A stretch of DNA of 62,749 nucleotides, counting the filler. It is 4 parts of 4 records of this genome, joined end to end, with 100 filler letters (N's around TTAATTAATTAA, not from the genome) between each part and the next. Parts side by side here need not be neighbours in the genome. Positions count along the whole stretch, not along the records: positions 44,184 to 62,749 come from SRR20825010_3758; 3 more parts are not named here. One strand, written 5' to 3'. The notes beneath the pieces are model-generated. The model worked only from the letters and a program-made list of their open reading frames with translations. It was not told the origin of the DNA and did no database searches. The translations under genes were made by a program, and so were the position numbers. This document shows positions 48,642-61,200 of this stretch, piece after piece. Every line of letters starts with the position of its first letter. The stretch's first letter is position 1.

Positions 48642-49091
48642 GTGTCATTTGATATTCGCAGCATCAAGCTTGGCAAGGACGTGACCGCCGAGGACATTGC
48701 CGAGGATCTGGAGTTTCTGGATGACTGGGAAGAGCGCTACCGCTACATCATTGATCTGGGCAAACAGCTGCCCGAGCTGCCGGACGGTTTGAAAACAGAA
48801 GACCGGTTTGTACGCGGCTGCCAGAGTCAGGTGTGGCTGGAAACCGAATATGACCGCGATGCGGACACCCTGTTTCTGGCAGTGGATTCCGACGCACTGA
48901 TCGTGAAGGGGCTGGCAGCCATCGTGCTGTCGGCGCTCAATCAGCAATCCCCCCAGGGCGTTCATGACTACGACATGGACGGCTTCTTCGACCGTATTGA
49001 CCTGCTCGGCCACCTGAGCCCCACCCGTGGCAACGGCCTGCGCGCCATGGTCGCAAAAATCAAACAACAGGCCGCTCAACTGGCCGCCTGA
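48642..49091 (+). CDS. sufE: Cysteine desulfuration protein SufE family
   Basis: DDWEERYRYIIDLG, VRGCQSQVW, DSDALIVKGL, LSPTRGNGL; GTG start with GGAG RBS. Confidence 0.93.
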   Translation: MSFDIRSIKLGKDVTAEDIAEDLEFLDDWEERYRYIIDLGKQLPELPDGLKTEDRFVRGCQSQVWLETEYDRDADTLFLAVDSDALIVKGLAAIVLSALNQQSPQGVHDYDMDGFFDRIDLLGHLSPTRGNGLRAMVAKIKQQAAQLAA

Positions 49092-49108
49092 ACTGCAGCC
49101 CCTTCTCC

Positions 49109-49187
49109 GTAGGTGCGGCGCTCGAGCCGCGAATCTGCTTGCAACAGCCTTTGTGGGTGCGGTTCGCGCCTCGAGAGGCGCTCCTAC
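49109..49187. repeat. REP doublet (REPIN-like) between convergent genes
   Basis: GTAGGTGCGGCGCTCGAGCCGCGAA (49109-49133) and, inverted, GTAGGAGCGCCTCTCGAGGCGCGAA (49163-49187); each is GTAG plus a GC-rich hairpin. Confidence 0.85.
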
Positions 49188-49193
49188 AAAAAC

Positions 49194-49775
49194 CTACCCC
49201 ACGTCCTGGTTCGCCAGGCACTGCGGCTGCAGCTGAAACAGAAACCGGCATTCGCCCTGCTGCGTACCCTCGCCTGAAACCACATCCTCTGCGGCCAGCA
49301 GCTGTGCCGTTTCCTGAAAATGCTCAGCCAGCCCTTTCACCGCGCCCAAAATCATCGGCGCCATATTACGGTGTGAAAGGTAATGAATTTCCAGCGTGCC
49401 TTCACCGCACTGGCGCACCTGAATATTCGGCGCACTGGCGGCCGGGTCCTTGAGTTTCAGCACCCGCTCATGGATGGTCTGCATATTCAGCAACAGCGCC
49501 TGAGTGCCCCAATCCGCCGGAATCATGGCCTGGTACATGCGCACCAGCGGACCAATCACCCACTCGCCAAAATCCGCCAGCAGGTCGTCCCGGCGCAAGC
49601 CAGTAGCGTTTACCGCTGCCTCCAACAACGCCTCCATTTCCGCATCCGGGTACAGGGCCACCGGCAGGTAGGTTTTTCCGTCGAGCCCGGCACCGGCAAT
49701 CACATCGCCCCAGGCATCCGCACCAAGAAATTCATCCAGATAGGTTTTGAAGTTGGAAACGATGACACCGTGCAT
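49194..49775 (-). CDS. Stand-alone heme NO-binding (H-NOX/HNOB) domain protein
   Basis: MHGVI start, GADAW, YPD, DFGE, proximal His in IHERV, YLSHR (YxSxR heme motif), GAVKGLAEHF. Confidence 0.88.
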   Translation of the reverse strand: MHGVIVSNFKTYLDEFLGADAWGDVIAGAGLDGKTYLPVALYPDAEMEALLEAAVNATGLRRDDLLADFGEWVIGPLVRMYQAMIPADWGTQALLLNMQTIHERVLKLKDPAASAPNIQVRQCGEGTLEIHYLSHRNMAPMILGAVKGLAEHFQETAQLLAAEDVVSGEGTQQGECRFLFQLQPQCLANQDVG

Positions 49776-49952
49776 GGCACGCCCTCGCGATCAGTGCGGA
49801 GAATCCTCACTAAGAACAAAGCAAAAGCCATACCGGAAAACGGGCCTCTGAGCGGCCCGGAAACACCACTGGGCCAAGGGTGCCCAAGCAGTGGAAACAA
49901 CACAGTGTCGGAAACCGTCACATTCTTCCCCTGACGGTCCCGACCGCCGGCG

Positions 49953-51104
49953 TCAGGCCGGCACCGTGCGCAATCGCGATACCGCGTCAGTCACCGACGC
50001 GATAGCGCGCTCGATATCCTCATCCGTGGTAAAACGCCCCACGGAAAAACGAATCGAGCCATGGGCCAAGGAGTCATCTATCCCCATGGCCTTGAGCACA
50101 TAGGAGGGTTCCAGCGACGCGGACGTACACGCCGAACCGGACGACACCGCCACCTGATTCATGGCCGTGAGCAGCATCTCGCCATCCACGCCCTCGAAGG
50201 CCACGTTCAGGTGTCCCGGCAAACGCGGAGCCTCACCGCCGTTCACACTCACACCACCCAGCGCCTGGATGCCTTGCCACAGACGATCCCGCAACGCGCT
50301 GATGCGAGGCCCTTCTTCATCCTTCAATGACTCAGCCAAGGCAAAGGCCTCACCCATGCCCACAATCTGGTGCGTGGCCAGGGTGCCCGAGCGCATGCCA
50401 CGCTCATGGCCACCACCGTGAATCTGCGCGGCCACCTTCACGTCCGGCGAACGGCGCACATACAAGGCCCCGATACCCTTGGGCCCGTAGACCTTGTGAG
50501 CACACACTGACACCAGATCCACCGGCAACGCTTTCACATCGAGGGGCAGCTTGCCCACGGACTGGGCCGCATCGGTGTGGAACAGCACGCCACGCTCCCG
50601 GCACAGGGCACCGATGGCGGCGATATCATTGATCACCCCGGTCTCGTTGTTGGCATGCATGACGCTCACCAGCACGGTGTCATCACGAAGGGCGTCGACG
50701 ACGCTCTCCACGCTCACCTGGCCGTCTTTCTCCGGCTTCAGGTAGGTCACCGCATGGCCCTGGCTTTCCAGCCAGCCACAGGCATCCAGCACTGCTTTGT
50801 GCTCGGTAGCACTGGTAATCACATGGCCCCCGCCGCGAGCATCGAGCACGCCTTTCAGGGCCAGGTTATTGGCCTCGGTGGCACCGCTGGTCCAGACCAC
50901 TTCGCGGGGGTCCGCATTCAACAGGTCGGCTACCTGACGGCGGGCAGACTCCACCGCCTCTTCCGCCAGCCAGCCGTACAGATGGCTACGCGACGCGGGG
51001 TTGGCAAAGGTGCCCTCAGGGCCAAGATGACGGACCATAGCATCCACCACCGCCGGGTCTACCGGAGTGGTCGCCGCATAGTCCAAATAAACGGCATTAC
51101 TCAT
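49953..51104 (-). CDS. iscS: Class I cysteine desulfurase
   Basis: [28 protein letters not shown] (PLP Lys), [18 protein letters not shown]. Confidence 0.95.
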   Translation of the reverse strand: MSNAVYLDYAATTPVDPAVVDAMVRHLGPEGTFANPASRSHLYGWLAEEAVESARRQVADLLNADPREVVWTSGATEANNLALKGVLDARGGGHVITSATEHKAVLDACGWLESQGHAVTYLKPEKDGQVSVESVVDALRDDTVLVSVMHANNETGVINDIAAIGALCRERGVLFHTDAAQSVGKLPLDVKALPVDLVSVCAHKVYGPKGIGALYVRRSPDVKVAAQIHGGGHERGMRSGTLATHQIVGMGEAFALAESLKDEEGPRISALRDRLWQGIQALGGVSVNGGEAPRLPGHLNVAFEGVDGEMLLTAMNQVAVSSGSACTSASLEPSYVLKAMGIDDSLAHGSIRFSVGRFTTDEDIERAIASVTDAVSRLRTVPA

Positions 51105-51160
51105 GATGGGTATCGTAGGCTGGTATCGGGTTACTTAAGGCCGGCGCTGCCGGCACTCAA

Positions 51161-51625
51161 TCAAAGGCTGCTAACAGGCAAGCGCTGCTGGTGACGATCC
51201 TGACGCTGGGCTACCTGCCGCACTTCCTGGCGGGCCACCAGCTCACCCAGCGTAATACCGCTGAGGAAATCCTGAATCTGGTCAGACAAATCACACCACA
51301 GGTGATGGGTCAGGCAGGTATCCCCTTCCTGGCAATCCCCGTGGCCGCCACAGCGGGTGGCATCCACCGACTCATCCACGGCTGCAATCACCGCCGCCAC
51401 GTCAATCTGTTCACTGTCCCGGCTCAGCTGGTAGCCGCCACCGGGACCACGCACACTGCTCACCAGCCCATTACGGCGTAACTTGGCGAACAGCTGTTCC
51501 AGGTAGGAAATGGAAATACCCTGACGCTCTGAAATATCCGCCAGCGACACCGGCCCGGTCGCTGCATGCAGCGCCAGATCCAGCATGGCGGTTACCGCAT
51601 AGCGGCCTTTGGTCGTCAAACGCAT
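51161..51625 (-). CDS. iscR: Fe-S cluster assembly transcriptional regulator
   Basis: [32 protein letters not shown], three Cys and His (RC..C..CLTH). Confidence 0.97.
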   Translation of the reverse strand: MRLTTKGRYAVTAMLDLALHAATGPVSLADISERQGISISYLEQLFAKLRRNGLVSSVRGPGGGYQLSRDSEQIDVAAVIAAVDESVDATRCGGHGDCQEGDTCLTHHLWCDLSDQIQDFLSGITLGELVARQEVRQVAQRQDRHQQRLPVSSL

Positions 51626-51666
51626 ATCCACACCTTTCTTGCGTGTATTAAAAGAGTGAGAGTAGT

Positions 51667-51691
51667 AATCCCGAGCAATTTGGTCAAGTAT
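51667..51691 (-). promoter_or_regulatory. IscR type-1 binding site overlapping the iscR promoter
   Basis: Reverse strand ATACTTGACCAAATTGCTCGGGATT closely matches the IscR type-1 autoregulatory motif and contains a TTGACC -35-like hexamer. Confidence 0.8.
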
Positions 51692-51715
51692 TCTAGCACC
51701 GCATCGCCATTAAAC

Positions 51716-51734
51716 AATAATGATTTTCATTTAC
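51716..51734. promoter_or_regulatory. Candidate Fur box
   Basis: AATAATGATTTTCATTTAC matches GATAATGATAATCATTATC at 14/19 positions, upstream of iscR. Confidence 0.6.
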
Positions 51735-51807
51735 GCGCCAACTATCGCAGATTTCCCGCCCCGCAAGCAACAACTGATCAAACATTACCCAGCCGCACCG
51801 GCAGTGC

Positions 51808-51836
51808 TTGACACCTGCCCCCACCTCGCGGAAAAT
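51808..51836 (+). promoter_or_regulatory. Sigma70 promoter of the tRNA gene
   Basis: TTGACA-N17-GAAAAT followed by a GC-rich discriminator, 14 bp before the tRNA. Confidence 0.7.
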
Positions 51837-51850
51837 TCGCGGCCTCAAAT

Positions 51851-51927
51851 GGCAAGGTAGCTCAGCTGGTTAGAGCACAGCACTCATAATGCTGGGGTCG
51901 GCGGTTCAAGTCCGCCCCTTGCTACCA
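51851..51927 (+). tRNA. tRNA-Met(CAT), elongator type
   Basis: Acceptor GGCAAGG/CCTTGCT, D-arm AGCTCAGCTGGTTAGAGC, anticodon arm CAGCA-CTCATAA-TGCTG, GGTTCAAGTCC T-arm, encoded CCA. Confidence 0.96.
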
Positions 51928-51934
51928 GACAAAC

Positions 51935-51970
51935 AAAAAGGGGCCTGACGGCAACGTCAGGCCCCTTTTT
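51935..51970. terminator. Bidirectional intrinsic terminator
   Basis: AAAAAGGGGCCTGACG-GCAA-CGTCAGGCCCCTTTTT: perfect 16-bp inverted repeat with a GNRA loop. Confidence 0.93.
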
Positions 51971-52215
51971 CGTTTTCTTAAAATGCGTAACGCCTACATA
52001 AACTGATACTGCAAACCGACGGTGTAGGCGTCGACCGTCTCGTCTTCCGCGTCGTAGCGATTTGCTCCACCCCGGAATACGGTAACTCTCCCCCGATTCC
52101 GCCACGAAAGTATCAGCCCTGTAGAATCGAATTACAGAGACGATCAAGCTGTGACAACCTTTTAAAAACGAATGATCGAGGTATAGCGCCGATCATTCCC
52201 TTTCAAGCTGCGTTA

Positions 52216-55200
52216 TCAATCGGTCACAAGGTGGACATTCATCTGATCCGATACATTCAACGTAGCACCATCGACCGCGCTTGTATAAACAGTGTAAGCA
52301 CCACTAGTGCCACTATCTGTCCAGTTATCACTGATGTAAACGTCATCGCTAGAGTCACCTTCTATGGTCAAAGTACCTCGCGCATCGGTCATATCTAAAA
52401 CATCCTGGATACTGAGACCCTGAGAGGCATCGCCAATGCTATTGCTGCCCGTTATCCCCGCATCCAGCACCTCAACATTATCAAGATTCGAGGCCAAGTC
52501 GCTGGCGGAGACGTCCTCACTAAAGCGTAACTGAATGGTATCGTCACCAGCATCGGCATCGATCGCCAAGCCACCATACAATAAAACGTCATTACCAGCG
52601 GATGGAACCACCGCTGCAACCGTAGCGGTAAAGCTGTCTGTAGTCGCTGTGCTGACATCCATGCCATCTACGGTTTCAGCACTGACGTTTACCGTATAGG
52701 TTCCCGCCTTTTGAACAAAGCCCAGATCACCTAACTGGTCTTCATTTAAATCGCTAATTGTGTAGGTGTCACTGAGGTCGTCATAACTCACCTCCGTTGT
52801 TAGCAGGCTACCCTCCGCATAGAAGCTCGCGTATTCGCCTAATCCTGACAGTTCCAGATTGACCAGCTCGTCCTGATCGATCAAGGACGGGTTAACATCG
52901 ATAGTGATCACATCCCCTTCTGTTCCTGCAGCGTTTTCAGGGGCAATGGACAAGCCATCAGCCACAGGATCAACGGTGACGTTAAAATCAATACTCGAGG
53001 ACTCGACGTCAAGTAATGCACTCTCTCCCGTTAAGGCCGTCAGCGTCAACGCAAGCGTTACGCCGCTAACGTTGAGCGGCGGACGCACACCAATGAACGC
53101 CGGCAGCTGCCCCCCCACTATTGGAATAGACCAGCCATTAGCCCCAGCATTGTTGGCTAAAACCGCTGACCCTTCATCGGCTCCGGTATAGACCAGATAA
53201 CCGGTCGGGAGGCCGGTAAGAAGAACAGAGCTAATCGTTTCGGAGCCGTCCGTGTCGACCAAACCGGTACCGGACACATCCAATTCGATTAGCGTATCTT
53301 CATCGCCAGAGACATCATTTGCGGCCAGATCAAAGCCATCGTTGACGGGCAGAATCGTTGCGGCACCTTCTCCGTCATCGGCCGCGCCGGAGGAGCTTGA
53401 CTCAATATTGGCTGCCCCAGTTTCCTGGGTTTGAACCCATGCTTGCAGCTCAACCGAGCCCGTTTGATTTTCTGGAGGTTGATACGTTAAGGCTATGTTA
53501 CTGCCATCGCCGTTTCCGGCAACTTCCCCGATATCAGCGATATAGTAATTACCATCCGGGATACCAGCGACGCCACTAACGGCCTGGGCCGTTAGTGCCG
53601 TACCTTGATATGACAAAGTACCGCCGCTCATACCCGTTTCAGACAGCTGCAGATACAAATTGCCATTTACCACGCTACTGAAGGAACCATCGGAGGAATT
53701 ATCAATATCAACAGTAAAGTTAACCGGCGAATCCTCTCCCACCACCTCATCATTGCTGATGGTTATCACTGAAGGATCCGTCACCGGCGTGACAGGTTCC
53801 GCAACGTTCGCGGTGCTGTCATTACGATCACCACTAGCCGCGTACGTTGTCAGAGTCGTTTCAAAATCAAATGGGGGGGCATTATTATCATTCCAGTCCT
53901 CAGGCAGATTTACTTGTATTGCATCGAGAGCGGCCTGAAGCGCAGCATCACCACCACTTCCAGATACAGTCCATGTATCCACACCATCAGCGACGGTAAG
54001 GGTCATCCCTGAGACACTTGTTCCCGCAGGAAAACCCGTAATCGTAATAGCGAAGTCGCTGCTACCGGTTATTTGGGCATTCAGTGCATCACTGAGACTG
54101 AAGGAGACATCTTCCGTAGCGTTGAACGCGGGATCATCCTCCCAAATATCGATGACAGCCGGCTGGTCAACTTCAGAATTGGTGTCATCAAAGTTTGCTG
54201 GGGTGGTAAGCAGGAAATCATCCGATGAAACCTGTTCACCACCGTCTGCGTCTTCAGTAACGACATTGAACGACAGTGACTCACTCAAATCACTTAGGTT
54301 TGCGGCGGTACCCGTGAGTGAAACCTTCATTTCAAAACTGGTTGCACCACCAGAAAGGCTTGTTCCTGTTGGCCCTCCTGATAACAACCACCGGCCAGTA
54401 TTCGGATCGCCAGGTATGTTGCCAATATAGACGGCGTTTTCAACAGTTACACCAGCGGGCACACCATCCACATAAATCTCGGTAATAACCTCGCTGCCAT
54501 CGTAATCACTGCTATTACCTGCGTTAGCATCAGGGTCCTTGCTCAACGTAGCATTGATCGTTAGTTCAGTATTTTCAGTTGCATGAACGGCCGTGGTACC
54601 CGTGATCGTAGCCGCGCCAGCAGGATCGGAAGTAATACTGTCAATAACCAGAGTCGCGGCATCGGTGACCGCTTCAATACTCAAGGTATGAGTGGTGTCA
54701 GTCCGTTCGGACACAACCGGCAACGATCCATCCGATGACGGGTCTGTAATTTCATAACCCACATCGAAGGAAAAATCGCCATGAAGGTTAGCAGCACCCT
54801 GCACGAAAATGTTGTCAATCGCCGCGCCCGTGATTTTGTACTCGGTACCATCAAGTACAATACCGGGCTCTCCATCAGCTACCGCCTGCGCCAGAGTTTT
54901 CCCTCCCGCACCTAAATACAGCGTGTAATCGCTAGTATCTGCTGCATTCTGATCAATCCATATTGATGTGAGCGTCTCGTTACCATCAACAATCCGGTCA
55001 TCATCTTCACCAGGCACAGCCAAACTAAAGTCCACCTTGCCCAAGGTGTCCTCCTGCAGGTTATTGGTACCGGTTTTAATGGCCTCATCAATGCTGGGAG
55101 CAACCGTAAATTCTAAATCAACACTAGGGTTTGACAGTGAATCCCCGTCATTTTCAGTGGTAATCGCGACCACATTGGCGGTAACCGTGCCACTAAAATT

Positions 55201-58200
55201 AATCGGCAATAGTACTTTCGCCGTTGCCAGTTGATCTTCAGTTAGCAGCCATGTCCTGCCCTCTCCTACGCCGCCGATAAAGGCGCCACCGCTGAGGTTG
55301 AACTGCGCATCCAGACCACTAATGCTCAGGGTTAGCTTTTCTGAACCATCGTCGTCAGTCAGTGCTGAAGCTGTTATCACCTGATTAAGAGAGACACTAC
55401 CAAAGCCTTCAAAGTTTGACCCTGCGGCATCCGCTGCAGCTTCAGTAAACGACGGATCATCTGTCGTTAATGTTGCTTCATCTGCCACCCCTTTAACGAT
55501 GACATCAATACTTTCAACATCCGGCCCGGAAGTACTGGTGACCGCCCCCAGCTCATCGACGGACACTGCCGACACGCCAATAGTAAAGTCTTCATTACTA
55601 TTCTCGGGCGGGCGTATTGTCATCGGAACAGTACGGTCAAAATCTTCTATTTCCACCCCAACGGTGCCATTCCCCAAGCCGTCATCGGTTAATACCAGCT
55701 CAACACCGTCATAGGTAAGCACCGCATCCGCCGGAATACCCGACAGGGTGACCGTAAAGGTTTCTGAGGCGTCGCTATCAGAACTTACCGGACGAATAGA
55801 TAACGGGATATCTGTATCTTCATCCCCTCTTGCTCGCCCGGTTACTGACAATCTCACATCGTCAGCAACGGGGTTTATTGTCCCGGTTAACACCGAGCTC
55901 CCGCCTGACCATGTTGATTGATCATTAGTGTCGGGATCCGTATCGATGGTTTTAACCGACACATTCAGCTCAAAATAACCAGAAAAATGATCAGGCCCCC
56001 TGAATTTGAGCGTATCTAAAAACTCTTCTGGAATTTCAACAGCATCACCGTTAAAGGTTTTGGTGATGAGACCCGTACCGTCGTTATATTGGAACTGAGA
56101 CCCAAGCGCGCTGACGGGGTCACCAGACGCATCCGTCAATGTCGGTGTGAACAGCGCTAATGTTTGCTCACTGCCATCCTGGTCCTGGTTATTCCAGCCA
56201 TCCAATGCAGCTTCCTGGCTCATATCGAACCACACGTCTTCCGTAGCGGTAACCGTATAATCATGGTCACCGCTCATGGTCAGATCATCATTGCCATCAA
56301 CATCACTATCACCAGCCAGCTCTTCCGCGACGGCAGTCACCTCCACCGGAATAGTCAGCTCAGTCTCTACCGGATCACTGGTAACGGCCGCCCCATCAAC
56401 GGTGTTACTGTCTTCGGTAGTCACCGTCACTGTAATGTCTTGATCTACGCTGCTATGGGGAGGAGGCGTGATGGTGAAATCACCCAATACGTCTTCCAGG
56501 TTGTAAGCACCCACGGCGGTAATGGTGTAGTCCGTTCCATCCGTCGATACATTCCAGTCCGCACTAGCTGCAGGGGCTGTTACGTCCCACCCTGCTGGTA
56601 TTTCGAAGGTGACCTTGGTGATCACTTCAGTGCCCGTTCCTGGGTCAGTGATTTCAATACCGTCCATGAAGGCAACAGCGGTGTCTTCAGGCGTCGTCAC
56701 ATTCGACCCGGCAACAAGTCCCACATCCCCTGCAACAGGCATGACATGAAGATTCAGTGTGACGGTATTGTCCGTGGTATCGGCTTCGGCCACACCATTG
56801 ACCGTGCTACCACTATTGCCCGCATTAAACCCATCGCTATCTTTATCTTGTGCATTGATAGTGATGCCAATGTTCTCCAGGTCGCCACTGAAGTCTTCCG
56901 TGGCGCCAATGGTGATATTGGGGAAACTACCGATCTCTCCTGTCTGGCCATTTGTGCCGTTCTTGTCCTGCACGGTGATATCCGCACCGGCAGCCACCTC
57001 CGTGCCGTTGACCAGAATCACGGCACCACTGTTATTTGAGATGGTGATAGAACGCTCTTCTGAGCCATCCAGATCTGCAAATGCCGCCTCAAGAATATCG
57101 TTAACGACAAAGGCGGTGTCTTCCTTAATGGTCACATCGGCCTCAGTTTGGCCGCCATTGAAGGAGAGAGCATCAACATTGGCAACATCCGCTGGCACCT
57201 TAGTATTATCAAAGGTCAGCGCTGCATCATCCGTAACCGCCTGGACATAGACCAAAACCGGCGCAGTGGTCGTTTCTGATCCCGCAGCAGGAATGGGATT
57301 GCCGCTATTATCGACTTCATAACTGGTGACAGCCCCTGTCACCGTGAAGTTTTCATGACTATCCGGTGGCGGCAGAATTTTTAAACCTGCAAATTCAGCG
57401 GACGACATGGAAAGATCGCCACTAGCACCGTTGATGTGCGAACCATCATTGAGCGTAATGGTGATACTGCCACCATCGGCGCTGTCGAACTCGTGCCATA
57501 CCGTTGTGCCATCGGCTTGAAGCAACGTCGCCCCGTCGGGAATACCACTCAATGTGATAACACTGAGCAACTCTGGATTGTCACCCGCATCCAAGCCATT
57601 CAAATCTGACGCATCGGTCACCACAGGCGCGTTAAAACCTAACGACACAGCGGTATCTTCATCCGTCTCAACCGATCCCGCAGTAGCCGTAAAGGTAGGG
57701 GCATCAGAAATCGGGTTGACCGTCACCGTGACCGTCGTAGTCGATACCACACCACCATTTTCCGTAGTAGTGTAGGTAAAGCTATCTTCGCCACTGTAGT
57801 TGGAACCCGGTGTTGGCGTGTAGGTGATCGTGCCATCTGCATTAACCGTAGCGGTGCCGTAAGAAGGCGCACCAAGCCCTGCGGCAGGAATACTGGTATT
57901 CCCTGGGTTAGCATCTGCTGATGAATTGAATGTGACGGATGTGTCTTCATCTGTTTCAACGGCCTGCGTGAGTGCAGGCACATCATCCACCACGGCAACG
58001 TTAAAGCTGCTCGTGGCCACATCCCCATCGCTATCGGTTACGGTGAAGCTAAACGGCAAATCGATATCAGCTGCTGTTGGATGATCCAAGGCACGATCCA
58101 GCGTAAAGCTGTAGCCCGCACTGGACGTTGTGGGATTATTGATGGTAACACTAAAGACAGTTGCATTAGTGCCGTCTTCAGTGGCCGTTAGTGTATGGCC

Positions 58201-61200
58201 ATCCAGACTGATACTATAACTCAGGCTTTCCCCATTAGACGTTAACCCCAGAGCGGTAAGTGCATCCGTGGTAGCCACTGTAAACTCAGTATCAATACTG
58301 TCTTCGGCTTTGGTTACGTCTAGCGAGCCAGTGGCTGTTAGTGAGCCAGGATCCGGATCTGCACCGGTCGGCAAATTCTCCTCGTCTACGCTGCTATTCA
58401 CCGGCGTACCCACCTCGGGCACCGTATCTGTCACGGTGATTTGTTGCGTGGCTGAAGCCGCACTGATATCCCCGTCGTTATCAATGACGCGATAACTAAA
58501 ATCATCTCTCAGTTCGGTATCGTTAGCGGGTTTTATATGGTCCGCAGAATCAATGGGCGTATATGTCCAGCTACCATCTTGTTGAACAGTGAGTTCACCA
58601 AATTGGGTGCTTACCGTCAGCCCGCCATTACCGACCGCCACATTGGTTTGCGCATTCCCGTTAGAATCCGTATAGCTGATGTCGTAAATAAAACCGCCAT
58701 CAGCACCTAACGTATCGTTACCCAACAGGTTATCGCCACCATTCGCCGAGCCGACCGCGGCCGCGCCTTCAACCACACTAACAGCGCTATCGTCGACAGG
58801 TATCGAGGGGATGTCATCTGTCACATTGATGGTCAGCGAACCATCCACATCAGAATCGATATCCGAGACCACATAGTTCACGTTAACAGGAAGGTTATTC
58901 TCTCCATTAGCGATGCCATGATCCAATGGCTGCTCTAGTGTCATGGTGATACTTTGCAGGGCACCAGCGGCATCGCCAGGATTGTTCAACTGCAACGTGA
59001 AGATGGTGTTACCACCAATGGCAGCGGTTAACGTATGCCCATCGGGACTGATGTCAAAATCATCTACCAGCAGATCTATTCCACCGGAACTGAGTCCCTG
59101 ACTGGCAAGATTGGCTTTAGTTGCCTCATCAAAAACAACATCAGCAATATCATCCTGGCCCTTGGTTATACCAAGGTTCACCGTGACTTCATTATCAACA
59201 ATGGCATTAGCGCTACCCAAGCCGTTGATATTTTCTTCATCGATAGCCAGCGTCACCGTGTTATCGGCGGTTGGATCCGTATCAGTAATGATAATTGGCT
59301 GATTGGCCTGATTGGAGATACTTCCGTCGTTATCAACCAAACGATAACCAAAGCTACCGGCATTTGAAGAACCAGTGCCATCGTGTTCATAGCTGGCGTT
59401 CGGGACGAAATTCCAACCACCGTCAGCATTCACCGTTAGAATACCCGTTGGAGTGGTAACCGCCTGAGTCAAAACGAGGGGCAAGAATTCAAAGGTCTGA
59501 GTATTACCTGTCACGTCGGTGTAACTAAAGTCATAAATGGTCGGCGAGCCATCTTCTGAGGGTATATCGTTCCCGATCAGATTACCGGACAACAGGGCGG
59601 TTCCCTCCGGCGCGGTAACCGACGAATCATCCACGGCAACCGGCGTGGTATCCGTTACACTGAGCGGCTGATCCGCCCAACCGCTGACATCGTCATCGCC
59701 ATCGATCAGGTTGTAACTAAACAGGTCATCAACCGCTACACCATTGCTATGTTCAACAGAAGTATTGCTGGTATATGACCAAGTGCCATCACTATGAACG
59801 GTCAGGCTGCCATATTGCGTAGTGACTACTCCGGTATTGCCTCCCTCAGCAACAGTAATGATTTGTTGATCACCATTAATGTCCGCGTAACGAACCTGGT
59901 TTATACGAGCGCCATCGGCTCCTTGGCTGTCGGCCACGCCCCCGGTGATAAGATTAGTGCCACCGCTGGCCGATCCCACTGTGACGCCACCTTCGGATAA
60001 GCTAATACCCGCCTGGTCTACGGCGGTGGGCACATCGTCGTTGACGGTAACGTCAAAACTACCCGTGGCCGTATCACCATCGTTATCGGTGACGACAAAA
60101 TTGAACGGCAAATCAATCTGGGCATCATTCCCGGGTTGGTCGTGATCCAGAACGCCAGAGAGCACGAACGAATAGCCCGCATTGGCAGCTTCGGGGTTTG
60201 TAATGGTCGCGACAAATATCGTATTGCCGTCAGCAGTCGCCGTTAACGTATGGCCATCGGCACTTAGCTCATAGCTCAATGCCTCGTTGTTAGACGTTAA
60301 TCCCAAACCCTGGAAATCGGCTTCAGTGGTAGACACGAACGTCGTATCAACGCCGTCTGCAGACAACCCAATATCCAAACTGCCGGTTTGTGTTAGCGCG
60401 CCATTGTTAACTGAAGAGCCTCCAGCCAGGTTTGCCTCACTGACGCTTGCATCCTCCGGCACACCCACGCTGGGCCCGTCGTCTGTGAAGACAAATTTAT
60501 CCCCTATATCAATAGTCTGGCTGCTACTGGCGCTATCACCATCAGCATCCGTAATGGTTGCGGTACCGGTCAGCGTGATGAGGCCGGCTAACAGGGCTTT
60601 CGTATCGCTACTGAAGTCCGCGCTATTAGCCTCTGCCGTATCATGATCGATGGCCGCATTTTGCGTGAGTGTCACCACGCCAGTAGTCGCATCCACGGCG
60701 ATGGTGAATACCGTATTACCATCCGCTTGCGCCGTAATGGTATTACCGGACAGGGCCACCGTAATGGGCTCTCCATTGCTGCTCAGCCCGGTAGCTGGAT
60801 CGGTAACCGCTAATGCATAATTCCATACGGTGCCACCGTCACCGTCTTCACCTGCATTTGAAGCAGTAACGGAAAAGGCACCGGAAAAGTTCGCCGTGTC
60901 AGTACTGGTACCCGAAGCGGTATCGGCATCATCGGTTGTTAGCGCATTTGGTAACGTGCCCGTAACGCCTGCCGTAATGCTCGGCCCATCATCCTTGAAA
61001 CTAAAACGATCGCCGATAGCAATGCTGCTGGTAACCGTATCGGCATCGCCATCCGTAGCAGCGGCCACAATGTTGATGGCATTTTCAACGATGGTGACTG
61101 CATCATCCGGGTTATTGGTATCCGCGTGCTTCACCGCCCGCTGTTGATCCAGAGTGATCTCGCCGGTGGCGTCATTAATACTGATCGTTAATACCGTTTG

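Noticed and set aside
45326-51194. Long antisense ORFs over suf/isc genes (e.g. 45326-46372, 50577-51194)
   Set aside because: Expected from strong GC3 bias opposite conserved genes.
51851-51927. tRNA-Ile2 or initiator tRNA-fMet identity
   Set aside because: Paired 1-72 position and no run of three G-C pairs in the anticodon stem argue against initiator; the overall sequence resembles elongator tRNA-Met more than Ile2. An isotype-specific tRNAscan-SE run would settle it.
51884-52147. 87-aa ORF ending LVARGGLEPPTPAL
   Set aside because: Antisense translation of the tRNA-Met gene and its terminator.
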